A stretch of 55,474 nucleotides of DNA, the filler included, from Sphacelaria rigidula (taxonomy: Eukaryota): assembly GCA_964200075.2 (NCBI GenBank). It is 5 parts of 5 records of this genome, joined end to end, with 100 filler letters (N's around TTAATTAATTAA, not from the genome) between each part and the next. Parts side by side here need not be neighbours in the genome. Positions count along the whole stretch, not along the records: positions 1 to 11,016 come from CAXNAA020005530.1; positions 11,117 to 22,132 come from CAXNAA020005531.1; 3 more parts are not named here. One strand, 5' to 3'. Made by a program: the position numbers and the translations under genes. The notes under the pieces were generated by a model. It did no database searches and was not told where the DNA came from. It saw only the letters and a list, made by a program, of their open reading frames with translations. Shown here piece after piece: positions 1 through 11,312 of this stretch (its first letter is position 1; every line of letters begins with the position of its first letter).

Positions 1-242
1 TAATAATAATAATAATGATAATAATAATGATAATAATGATAACAATAATAATAACAATAACAATAACAATAACAACAATAATAATAATGATAATGATAAT
101 GATAATAATAAGGATATAGTAATAATAGTGATAATAGTAATAATAATGATAACAATAATAATAATGATAACAATAATAATAATGATAACAATAGTAATAA
201 TAGTGATAATGATGATGAAAATAATGATAATAGTAATAATAA

Positions 243-274
<32 letters not shown>

Positions 275-484
275 ATAATAATAATAATAATAATAGTAGT
301 AATAATAATAATGATAATAATAATGATAATAATAATGATAATAATAACAATAATGATAATAATAATGATAATGATAGTAATAATGAGAACAATAATAATA
401 ATAACAATAATAATGATGATAATAATAGTAATAATAATAATAATAATGATAATAATAATGGTAATAATGGTAATAATGGTAATA

Positions 485-578
<94 letters not shown>

Positions 579-606
579 TAACGATACTGATCACGGTGAT
601 GATAAC

Positions 607-639
<33 letters not shown>

Positions 640-930
640 AGTGATGATGTTGACGATGATAATGATGATAATGATGATGATGATCACGATAGTGATACTA
701 CACATAATATAGCAATAATAGTAATAATATAGTAATAATAACGATATAATGATAAAATAGTGATGATGATAATAATAATATACTACTACTACTACTACTA
801 CTACTAGTGCTAATGATAGTACTGATTATAATACTACTAACAATGCTACTAACAATGCTACTAACAATGCTACTAACAATACTAATAATAATGATACAAA
901 TAATGATAATATAATAATAACGATAAATGA
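1..930. repeat. Compound AT-rich trinucleotide microsatellite ((AAT)n with GAT/AAC/TAC/TAG variants)
   Basis: Continuous trinucleotide low-complexity run at the contig start; it explains the poly-Ile/Met ORF 128..712. Confidence 0.97.
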
Positions 931-1106
931 TCTTGTGGTGAAGCAATGTCGGGTGATCTACAGGTCGAGGACCACGGAGTACAAGTCATGTTGTTCCTGG
1001 CCACTAGGGGTGGTACTCGCAAACAGAGAAAGACCTCTGAGCAATAACGCCGGGGTTGCCGACCTTGAGCATCACTTACTTGGCAAATGGTGATCGAAAA
1101 ATCGTC

Positions 1107-1370
1107 TTCTGTAGGGTACCATTTTGTCATACTCTGGGTATTCACTTGGGTATTCCCCACGCCTGACAGTCGTTGCCTTCGGCAAGCCTCTCATACCGGT
1201 ACTCGACAGTTCTTTGAGATCTGAACAAAATATTTACCCTCGCCCGGGATGCAGGTATATTTCTTGTGAAAATACCCATTTGCAGGTATAGGTTTTGTTT
1301 AATCTCCATACCGTACCCGATATATGTTTAATCTCCATACCTACTGAACATATACCCGTACCCTAGAGAA
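1107..1370. mobile_element. MITE, TTCTGTAGGGTA-TIR family (copy 1)
   Basis: TTCTGTAGGGTAC (1107-1119) is the inverted repeat of GTACCCTAGAGAA (1358-1370) with 1 mismatch; same termini as the element at 21342-21811. Confidence 0.55.
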
Positions 1371-1919
1371 CACATCCTTCGATGGTTGGTCAATTGATTC
1401 ACTGATTGTCGCATACCATTAGCTGTAATAGCCCACCCCCGGGAGATCCAGCCGCGTTCACAAAACAGACTATACAGATATACTCAAGATAATCGAAACG
1501 GGAACCCTCGGTGAAGGTAACCCGACAAAAGGCAACAGACAAAGAAGGAAATATGACGGAGTAAATGGAACGAGAACGAGAGACGACACGAGAGAAGAAA
1601 CAATACAATAAGGGAGAAAACATAGAGAAAATAAAAAGAGAAGGCGATACCGTTGCAAACGGCTGCTTCCCATCCAAAAGATATATGCAACGGTTGTGTT
1701 ATAAAAATGCGAGGGTGAAGTGCGTGATAAGGTTCAGTCTCAAGGTCTAAAGGAAACAAAAATGTCTCTCAATCTGTTGAAGAAGCTGTTTTCCCCGCGA
1801 CCTGCGAGCTTGTTATTGTCGGGCTAGGTGACTCGAACGCTTTTCTTTGCTGAATTGATCTACACACACCCTGTAGGATTAATAACGTTCCCGCTCAACA
1901 TGATTTTATTGAGTTCCAG

Positions 1920-2644
1920 ACTCCCCTACGAGAACGAAGATGCATACGGCTATGTTGCTTTGTCCTTGCACGGGTCTCTTGGCGACGACCCTTCAGCGAA
2001 AAGAATAGCATCGCTACAGGTCCGAGCAGTCGGACTAATATGATACCTATCACAGAAACACCTGTAACAATTATCCGACGACTTCTAATGAGCATAGCAA
2101 TGATTGATGCATTCTAAACCTGAGTTGTTTGTCTCAGGGGAAATACTTGTCTCGGGGGGAAAACGTGTCAAACCTCTTGAGCGGTGAACTCCTGGACCAC
2201 AAGCGGCTCTTCTTCCCACTCGCTGCGCTGTTGTCTGTCGCGTGAGGTGCTGTCTTTCGACCCACTGCCGACACTGCTTTCTTCCAGGCGAAGATCAATG
2301 GCCGCCTTGACTGATTTTTTACCGCGACTGGCGACCGCAAGCGAGCCGCTTGCCCCCGTCCTAATAGCTGTCGCTTCCCCTGCGACACATCAGGTGAGTG
2401 CATGCGGTATGGGGGAGTGAGTTCCGGCTCTCAGTGTTTCGCACAGCAGCGCTTGTGTTGAGCCTGTCGAGATAGAGAACCGAATCTAATTGGTTTGGTA
2501 TCGGAGACGGGGATTGAGGGACGTCCGGAATGTCCGGAAAGCCAGGAACGTGCTCTCCACATGCCCATAGAGCTGCGATACTACCGTCGCATATCGATGC
2601 CGACATTGGGCGTTTACAGCTGGGCTTTTGCGCGTCGTTTAGCG
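1920..2644 (+). CDS. Hypothetical spliced gene fragment (candidate exons 1920-2019, 2138-2241, 2288-2393, 2546-2644)
   Basis: Four GT-AG bounded segments join in phase without stops (LPYENEDAYGYVALSLHG...|GKYLSRGENVSNLLSGELLDHKRLFFPL...|RRSMAALTDFLPRL...HQ|ERALHMPIELRYYRR...). One donor is weak (GTCCGA), one intron is only 46 nt, and no domain is recognised. Confidence 0.35.
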
Positions 2645-4349
2645 GTGAGGAATGGGCTAGACCGTTTAGCCGCCACGATATCCCCTTCGTGAATGGACAA
2701 ACACGGTTTTTCTCTCATATCCATGATCCAATCAATCGTTGGCTGTTAGGCACCAAATGTACGGCATAAAAAGGGGAAGAGAACGACAGAAACGCCGATT
2801 CACGAGCCCACTCGGCGAATTATTTTCATGGTTTGAATCCACCAGTTGATGTGAACAGTTTTCAAGTACCACATCGCCGTTCCTACAGTATTAATATATT
2901 TAATATATTTATGAGTCATGCCACGGTAGGGATGCGCAAAAATGTATCAGGTTTGGATTGTAAGGAGCCCTTTACATAATCCAAAACACCACTCATGAAA
3001 TATGTGACAGCACGTCACGATGAGCACTCCGATGGGCTAGAGATATCTCGAATGAATTCAAAGTCGGGGATGTGCTGACTCATATTTTTTGTGTTGCTCC
3101 TAACTTCAGGAACTCCCCGATGAGAAACATCATGACCCATTTACGTATTATCCACAGCGTTCCGTCTTGATGGCGTCGTGGTGCGTAAATTCTGTCCCGT
3201 TCTTGCGATTGATGATATGGTATTCATCCGTACCGGCGGTCGCTAAACGGTTTCCCCCACCCTCGTCAAATCTGCGACCTTGCGATGAACTGGAAACGCT
3301 GGTGCCGCGTGCTGTTGGGAGATGACTTGATCGGATGCCCTGTAGGGGTCGGACGTCCACACAGTGTGGGTGATGCGGACATCGGTTGTTGACCGAAGTA
3401 CGTATGACACAACGTTCAAACAGGCTTGATGTTTCGTGAGAAGGGTCCCGATCTTCGAAGGTTGAGGTGCGGCAATAGAGAAACATGCGATATCTATGCA
3501 TATACGTATTTGAAACGGAATCGCAGCGGAGGATACGTGATCTGCTTGTGATTGAACCACGACCTTGTCTACTCGTAAGCTGTCATGCCAACCAAGATAC
3601 TGTTGTCAGGAAGAGCACAGGAAGAGGGTGATGGCACGAGAATGGGGAAGGCAAGGATAGTACAACATGGAGAAAGGGTCGTATGCTTGTCATGGACGTT
3701 GTCATGGACACGGGTGAAATATCGAGGAAACTTAGATGCGACCGCATAGGGGAACTGATATGTGTCGGTGAAAATTCCTTTATTATTGCAATGTGCCGTA
3801 GAGTTGTGCCGTCAGCATATGAAGGAACAACAACTTTCAGCTCTGGAAACATCCAGAGAATATCCAACAAATACGCGAATACATGTTTTTTTGTAGTTCA
3901 GTAGAGATATCGCCCTTGATCTTCTTCTTAGCCCCGCTGATATTCTTCTCAACCGCGTTGGAGTTAGAGCACAGCGTGAGAACACAGCACTGTCCACATA
4001 TAGAAAAGAGACAAGGGCGTGAGCGCAGGTAGTAGCGCCCACAGTATGGTGAATGCATTGGTGGTAGAAGCTCAACACACTGCTGAATCCTACTATTTTG
4101 TGAATAGTAAGAGAACATGCAGATGACCGTTTTTTCAAGAACATACGGAGGGTGACATGCATCGTAGGTATCATTCCTGCCTCAGTCGAAACCTCACTTG
4201 TGCCTTTGTTGCTCTCGGCTGTGGTTCTTCCCTTCCGTCACCCAGCTCCCAGTTTTCAGCGTCGTCGTCCGAGCTATCGCTTACAACATCACGTCCACGG
4301 ACTCTCACCTGCGGTACATCACGCGTGCAGTATATTGCACGATGCAGCA

Positions 4350-4413
4350 GCCATGCATCACTAGTCATGGATCACTAGCCATGGATCACTAGCCATGGAT
4401 CACTAGCCATGGA
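4350..4413. repeat. 14-bp tandem repeat (GCCATGGATCACTA) x ~4.5
   Basis: Read directly from the sequence. Confidence 0.9.
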
Positions 4414-5069
4414 CGACTCGTTTGACTGAGGCGTATCTCGACTGAGCTTTCCTGTGCGCCTCAGTGATCACGAATAAAATCAACGTGAACATTTACTGTG
4501 CATATATTTCTCAGTGCAGGTTTAGGTTAGCTCCACATTATCTCACGCAGAAAAGGCGTAGTGCCTCGCATTTTTTAAGGGGGCTGAGTTTCTCTGGCCC
4601 TGTCCACCTTGCCGCACGTGCCACGTGGTTACCTGCTGTAGTGCCGAAAATTGCTTTACACGTCCTGTATCTCCTGTACACTAGACTGGAACGGCCGGCT
4701 AAAGCACTTCAATGCGTAGGAGCAGATGACGCCACATGTGAGACGTCAGATTTCCGATTTTTGTTCTTGTCTAGTTTTCCCTGTAAAGTAATGCCTATAT
4801 ATGATGACTTTGCTTGTTTTTCCTCACTACTTTGATAGAGATGATTTAACGATGACGCACCAGGCGAGCCAGATTCTCTCTGGGAAACCAATTAAGCAGA
4901 ATTTGCTCGTATACCTGCCTACAGTATACCTGGTCATGGCGGTGTTGCGGTCGTAGATAACATGGGTAAAGTCAGAGGGAGCGGGTCTATCGACAATATA
5001 CATCGATAACGTCGATAACATTTACAACACGAAATGAGCCAAATGACCACTTCTAGAGCCCAAATCTCC

Positions 5070-5152
5070 GATTGATTCAGTGATTGCGTGATTGATTGAT
5101 GATTGATTGGTGCTTGTAACGTAGTCACCCAGGAAGTCCAACCCTGGTCGCA
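5070..5152 (-). mobile_element. Retroposon 3' end with (CAAT)n tail (diverged copy)
   Basis: Reverse complement GACCAGGGTTGGACTTCCTGGG...(CAAT)n resembles the copies at 32795 and 42599. Confidence 0.4.
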
Positions 5153-5623
5153 AGACGGACGTAGCCAAGGTAAATGAAGATAGGAACGTCGCAATGCCAT
5201 AGCTTGCAGGAAGTTCTTTTCTGCCCATTGTACAGATGGCGACGCATGGACGATATTGGCGGGGAGAACGATCCCAGAAAACAAAATATCCTGTCCTGCT
5301 TTTTTTTTTTCTTCGTGCTGTACACGGCACTGCACTGAAGGAGAACGGGCTAGAGCCATATTACGATAGGGGAGGGGGCGTTTGATTCCACAAAACAATG
5401 TGCTCGTACATGCGTCAAACGACCTGAAACACTCGCGGTGCGCTTGTATTTGGGACAAAGTGGCGTGAAGCAGTATGAATGAGCGTTATTTATCGGGAGC
5501 AAGCGCGTCCGAACGACTGTTGGCTGCTTCAGCGGCGATTGAAGTGGAGTTTCGTGGGAGAAAAGGGTCCAGAACACCCCCCCCCTATCGTAGCATGACT
5601 TTCTATTCATTTTCAGCCCATAC

Positions 5624-6102
5624 CTGAGTGGCATATGCCCGATTCCGTTCCCTTTCCATAATCTGCTCGAGAAGGAGGGACGCAATCTCCGCCTCCAGTT
5701 CCACGGCGAAGTGCTGGCGGTCGTAAAACCAGTTGCGGTTTTGCCACATTATGTATGAAAACGTTTTGATCATGGCGATGTCGATGCCGTTAATGCTGTG
5801 GTCGTTCAACATTTTCTGTTTATTGGCGTTCCTAGTCGTGCGATACACATCGCCATCACAGTTGACGCCTCAGCAAAAAACGAAAAAAAACACCTCGAGG
5901 GACAAAAAAACACCGCGATGGAAAATGACGTATGTACTTGTGTTTATGAGGTATGTAAAAACTTGTGCATATTCTCACTTTTTTTCGCGTAATGCGTTAC
6001 CTGCGTGCTGAATCTCTGCGGAATGCTGTGCATGACGTCCGTGTCCATGTACTTCGACCGCGTGGTCTTTGCCGTCATGAACTCATGCAGCAGCTTGATG
6101 AT
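5624..6102 (-). CDS. Hypothetical spliced gene, internal exons 6102-6001 and 5815-5624; further candidate exons near 6465-6367 and 5524-5424
   Basis: Both exons have CAG acceptors, GTAACG/GTATGG donors and lengths of 102 and 192 nt (phase 0). Joined peptide: IIKLLHEFMTAKTTRSKYMDTDVMHSIPQRFSTQ|KMLNDHSINGIDIAMIKTFSYIMWQNRNWFYDRQHFAVELEAEIASLLLEQIMERERNRAYATQ. No family recognised. Confidence 0.55.
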
Positions 6103-7379
6103 CTGCGTTGCATCATTAGCGTCACGATTGCAGTGGGATAAAGCTCTACCGCTCAGGGCGGTAACTTCGACCTGATTGAACGATTAGAAATATCAAATTC
6201 CGACCTCTTCATGACCAATCGGTCGATTGGCCCACATACGTGTTTGGTCGACGATGAGGACCCGTGAAACTGTTGGACGGATGGAGTCGCCGGGCAAGCG
6301 CACGTGTTACTGCTGCGTCCGGGTGTGATTTTCAAAGCTTCGACGTCGAGCCAAGCATCGACTTACATGAACGTCGGATCCTCGAACGCCGGCCCGTACC
6401 GCGTTATTTCCGTGACCGTCGGCGCGGGATTCCTCCTTGTCCGGTCGGTAAGTTTGGTTGGCTGTAAAAACGGCTATGCGTTCGCTTGTTCTCGTCGTCA
6501 GGGGCCCCGGATAGTTTTTCCTGCCGTTTGTTCTTTCGATTTCCTTCCTACGTTTCGCTCAGCAGGAAAGGGGTGGCATTATGGCCAGGGGGGATGGCAG
6601 GGGAGGAGTTGCGTTCGCGATCAGGAGAAAGGTACCGCTTATGAGCTAGGATTTCACGTGCAACAGCTGCCTGCTTGCTTGTATTCGGATAAAAAGGCAA
6701 GTCGAAGGTAGCTAGGACAGGCGAATAGTTTCGGATAAAAAACGTGAGTCGAAGCTAGCTGCAAGTGTTCGATGTTAATTGGCTGTGGGTTTTGGTATAC
6801 GTGTTGACAAACATTCGTACAGAAGCGAGGATATTGGATGAGGAGCGCACGGGACCCGACAGCGCGCTTCGGTCAGCGGTGAGGTGCGCTTTGAGTCATA
6901 CTCATCTGAGCTTGACCGGCAACTTGACGCTTGAACAGAGGCAAGGAGGTGTTTGCGGGTCGGTGCTCAATGGATCACTTTTACGTCCTTCCGAAATATT
7001 CCGTCTATTGCATGGCAAACGACGAGGATAATATTTCACCTTTGACCCAAAATTGTGGTGTGCAGGCAAACCCACAATGTCCGTACGTTTCTCAGACACA
7101 CACGGTTGCAAGTTCACGCCATGTGAGGCTAGCTGCTGCATGCCTCATTGCGCCGTGGTCCGCCCGAACGTAGGAATTCTCTATGGATCAGTATCGGGTG
7201 ATGTGTCTCTTCATCACCTGACAAATGTAGAGAAGGGTCCGTTGTATTCCGTCAGCAGTCGTTGCACCTTGCGCACATCGCCTTTGTAATCTGCGAGGGG
7301 ATCTGCCCCTCGAGCTCTAACCCTTGGCGATTCATAATCGACCGGTTCGGGTTCGCTGCGCACGGCCAGAGGGGTGGTA

Positions 7380-7484
7380 ACCATATCATAGGGGGGGGTG
7401 GGGGGGCGTACTCATTTGTTGCTTGCCTTAGTCACTTGACCATTGACCGCGCATCCCTTTCGAGACGGACCATATCATAGGGGG
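7380..7484 (-). mobile_element. 5'-truncated LINE-type 3' end (~73 nt) with C-rich tail and 16-bp target-site duplication
   Basis: ACCATATCATAGGGGG occurs at both 7380-7395 and 7469-7484. The insert (TGCTTGCC...GACC...CATCCCTTTCGAGA) matches the sequence at 44560-44610 next to the RT. Confidence 0.75.
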
Positions 7485-8357
7485 TGCGACAACATGGGTT
7501 CGGGGGCTGTGGCGACCAAAGTGAGCATGTAACGAAGCTGATCGCGTTTGGATCAACAGCCTATTCGTGTAAACCAGATTATAACCTTTTTCTTTTTTTA
7601 GATCCTGAACCGTGAGCATACATCCTAGTTTCCTGCGTTTGTGATCTGAACGATGGGCCATTCGATCCATGCACCCTGAGCAAACGTTGAAGCCCTCACC
7701 TGTGGGCACGATACTTCACCTTTAAAGTTGCAGTGCGATTGCACTCGGTCAAATTATTGAGCTGCATCAAAGGTTCATGGTCGGGAAGTGAAGAGCAAGA
7801 CACGGATTTCGTCAATGTCACCGATTTTGAAGAAGCTACTGCACTTCGGCGGATGTTGTCAGGCCCATTAACAAGAATACGTCACATCATTCCACGAGTA
7901 GGGGCTTCAACCTTTGTTTGGGGTGCATCGGCTGTACAGTCCGTCATTTAGGCCAACTATAGAAAGTCAAGAGCGGTCCAGATTCCGGCAACAACGTTAC
8001 GATATGGTGTAAACGGAAATATTCAATGATGGATGCCAACCGAATTTTGATGATTCTCGCATTAAGTGATCTCCCGGGTATCCATGATTGTATCCAGGCA
8101 TGGTCACAAGACGGATGTCCGCCAAGTAAATGCAGACGGAATCAATGTAAGCGTGTGTGTAAACTTTCGATTTCACTCCGACCATACGCGGAGAGAGAGG
8201 GAGAGCATGATAAAAGATATTTTGCTTTGTGCTAGCACTACTAGGTTGTATAGGCAGGAGTTTCACATACACACACACACGTACCTCTTCAAAAGGCGTG
8301 AAACGACTCAACATTTTCACCGGTTTACCACCAATGCCTGATGAAAAACATCAAACA

Positions 8358-8460
8358 TACTATACACACATACACATACATATACATATACATATACATA
8401 AACATAAACATAAACATAAACATACACATATACATATACATATATATATATATATATATA
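8358..8460. repeat. Compound (CATATA)/(CATAAA)/(TA)n microsatellite
   Basis: Read directly from the sequence. Confidence 0.9.
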
Positions 8461-8468
8461 CAACGATC

Positions 8469-8498
8469 GGACGGGGCCGCCTATCGGCGGCCCCGTCC
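8469..8498. other. Perfect 13-bp GC-rich hairpin next to the microsatellite (probable TE 3' terminus)
   Basis: GGACGGGGCCGCC-TATC-GGCGGCCCCGTCC. Confidence 0.7.
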
Positions 8499-8811
8499 CC
8501 CATGATAGGCGTGGAAAATAATAAAATATGAAAGGGAGAGGGTGAAGGTAATGGCTCCTACCAAGAGATTAAGCCGAAGATATAATGTGTGTATTGGTAA
8601 TTAAACACATTTATATGAGAGAAGTAGGGGAAGGGAGATACGGCATGGGTGTGGTATTATTGGGATTGAAAAACGCGAGACGCAGAATTGAGCAGAACGA
8701 AAGAAAAGTGCGAAGAACGCGGAACACCCGAATCTGTCACCGACAATACGTTCTGATAAAAAACAGAGTATAACCCGGAGTAAAAAGTAGATCAGTCATT
8801 GAAGCGTAGGA

Positions 8812-9097
8812 GATTGTACAGAAGTTGATAATTTGCTTACGAAAGAGCAAAATCTCCATGTACAACAGTCGGTTAAAATCCGATCCAACATATACGACAT
8901 TCAACGAAAAAAGCTATACTTTTCAGGACAGGAAAAAGTACACGACTACATATACCGAGGCTACGATTGTACAGAAGTTGATAATTTGCTCACGAAAGAG
9001 AAAAATCTCCATGTACAACATTCGGTTAAAATCCGATCCAACATGTACGACATTTGACGACAAAAGCTGTACTTTTCAGGACAGGAAAAACTACACG
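8812..9097. repeat. Direct tandem duplication, ~133-bp unit, period 153
   Basis: GATTGTACAGAAGTTGATAATTTGC...CAGGACAGGAAAAA(G/C)TACACG at 8812-8944 and 8965-9097, differing by a few substitutions. Confidence 0.9.
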
Positions 9098-9140
9098 CCG
9101 AACCCCGAACCCCGGGTGATCATATCTGGACAACACAGTG

Positions 9141-9845
9141 TTATCGTCCCTTCTATTCTGGACGCCGGTCGGTCTACACCTTTCGGTATATATATGTGGG
9201 CGCACCAGCCGGGATCACACAGGAGCTTGTTATTTTTGTTTTGTTTTTAGTACCCCACCTTCCTTCTGCGGTGCTTGCCTTTATTATTTTGTCGCGAGAA
9301 GGGTTCAGTAGTCCCTTTCCCTCGTCGACCATTAAGTGGATTTTTGTGTACCCACGACATGTCCACCTTCCACTGTTGGGCATGGTGTGAGGGGAAGATG
9401 TTTACCGTAAAAAAACACTTCTTCCCAACAAATACACAAAGTCGAGATGTGAATCAGCATTATTTTCAGTCTTTTTCAAGATAAAACGATGCCGATTCTC
9501 AAAGTGACCCGTCCAACACCCCGAGAAACATTCTCGCCAAAAAAGTGAACACCTACCATAGCATGACTCCGGTTTACACCTTTCGGTATATATATGTGGG
9601 CGCACTAGCCGGGGCCACACAGGAGCTTGTTATTTTTGTTTTGTTTCTAGTACCCCACCTTCCTTCTGCGGTGCTTGCCTTTATTTTCAATCGCAAGGGG
9701 TTCAGTAGTCTCTTTCCCTCGTCGACCGTGAAATCGATTTTTGTGTACCCGCGACATGTTCGCCCTCCACTGTTGGGCATGGTGTGAGCGGGAGACGCTT
9801 ATCGTAAAAAAAAACGTCTTGCCAACAAATACACAAAGTCAAGAC
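9141..9845 (-). mobile_element. Two tandem headless copies of the SINE family 1 body (~9141-9390, ~9568-9787), each followed by the same non-tRNA flank
   Basis: Shared GGGCGCA(C/T)..GCCGGG..CACACAGGAG...CCCTCGTCGACC...CCACTGTTGGGCATGGTGTGAG with the copies at 15255, 52903 and 53736. Confidence 0.85.
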
Positions 9846-11016
9846 GGAAAAGTAAAGGCACACCAGGAAACCTTCGCAAAACAACCGGTGTCATTCCCCC
9901 GGTATGTGTCTTCATTGCGAAGGAGCAGTGTATTTGTGTACAACCTGCAAGTTGAAATATCCCCCAACATTTGCGTATCAACCTCCGGTGGTACAACGAC
10001 AATGTACGAAGAAAGCTCAACCGAGGACTTTTATTGACTATGACCATATCTCGGCAAATTCACGAATAGCTCTAAGAAAAACACAGACATTGCTGCTGAA
10101 CATAAACTCTTGCTTACCATAGCAAATAATGAAGACTGAAAGCAAGACACAGCAGAAGGTCGTCGGAGTTGACCGGAACCGAAAGCGGGTACTACCGTCT
10201 ATTACGCGCAAACTTTCAAACACTGACAGGTTGGGTCGTTCACACAAATGTGTGTGTCTCCTGTATATTCGTGTACGCATGTTTCCGTTTTTCACAATAA
10301 AATTTCCGTCTTTCAGAATCAAAGTGTCAGATCCACCATCAGGGTTCCGCGTATTGCCTATCACGCGCAAACGTTCAGGCACTGAGAGGTTGGGTCGAAG
10401 GTCGAATCTCGCCCTCGTCGATGGTGACCGGTGATGGGAAAACATTGCACTGTCTCATCAAGCTTTCGAAAATGGAAAATGTCGCAGGGTGAAGTAGAGC
10501 AGGAAGGTTTTGTGAAGTGTACTGTTTCAAGAGTAGGTCTAATTGACCCGCTTGCGCGGGAGCGTTCACACGTAATCTTAGTTAGACATACACACACATA
10601 TATATATATATATACGTTTATTGTAGACTGCGAGTAGTCATATGAAAGAAATTCGTACGTCAAAATCAAAGCTACGGCAACACGACGGTCTTGGCACATG
10701 GTATTCACCAACTCAGGTAAGACTGAAGGCCCACGTCCGTCGCAAGGGTTGATGTTTGATACAACAAATGCCGCTGCGCCTCGGTGTTCGAACTGGTGCG
10801 ACAGGAGCGAATTAGGGGGGAACGATTGTCGGTTAAAATATCGAAGGATACGCTTTTTCTTAGCAGGAGAAGATCCAAACCTTTGAAGGGAGGAATAGCA
10901 AGAGAAACTTTTGCCGGAGTCGACGCATGTCGGGACTCTTGATCCGATCCGAACTGCCAAAAATGGCTGGCGTGTACCGGGGGGGAGGGGGGGGGGGGGG
11001 GGGGGTCGGATGGGGG

Positions 11017-11116
11017 NNNNNNNNNNNNNNNNNNNNNNNNNNNNNNNNNNNNNNNNNNNNTTAATTAATTAANNNNNNNNNNNNNNNNNNNNNNNNNNNN
11101 NNNNNNNNNNNNNNNN
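11017..11116. other. Artificial contig-joining spacer (N44-TTAATTAATTAA-N44)
   Basis: Exactly 100 nt; the central 12-mer has stops in all six frames; identical to the other three spacers. Confidence 0.97.
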
Positions 11117-11312
11117 TTTAATCGGCATTAATTTCAAATGAAAAAAAGTATGCATGATCCAGAAAGACTAATCTCGCTGTCTAAGGGTTAACCCTTTCGA
11201 AACCCACTCACGATTTCGGTTTTCGTGAATCGGCATAATTTTCATTAATTTACAAGTCAATATGATACCGATTCACAGAAACAAGAATCGTCTGTGGGTT
11301 CCAGAAGGGTTG
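11117..11312. mobile_element. Abutting piggyBac-type MITE ends sharing one TTAA
   Basis: ...TCTAAGGG|TTAA|CCCTTTCGAAACCCA (TTAA at 11188-11191); matching end TGGGTTCCAGAAGGG|TTGA near 11309; internal AATCGGCAT motif. Confidence 0.6.

Noticed and set aside
128..946. 194-aa poly-Ile/Met ORF and the antisense 82-aa ORF
   Set aside because: Translations of a trinucleotide microsatellite.
6900..7730. Minus-strand exon-like fragments possibly extending the 5624-6102 gene
   Set aside because: Phases and stops are inconsistent, and the region is interrupted by a LINE-end insertion; too speculative.
11061..11072. TTAATTAATTAA palindrome recurring at ~11.1-kb spacing
   Set aside because: Synthetic six-frame-stop linker inside N padding; not biological periodicity.
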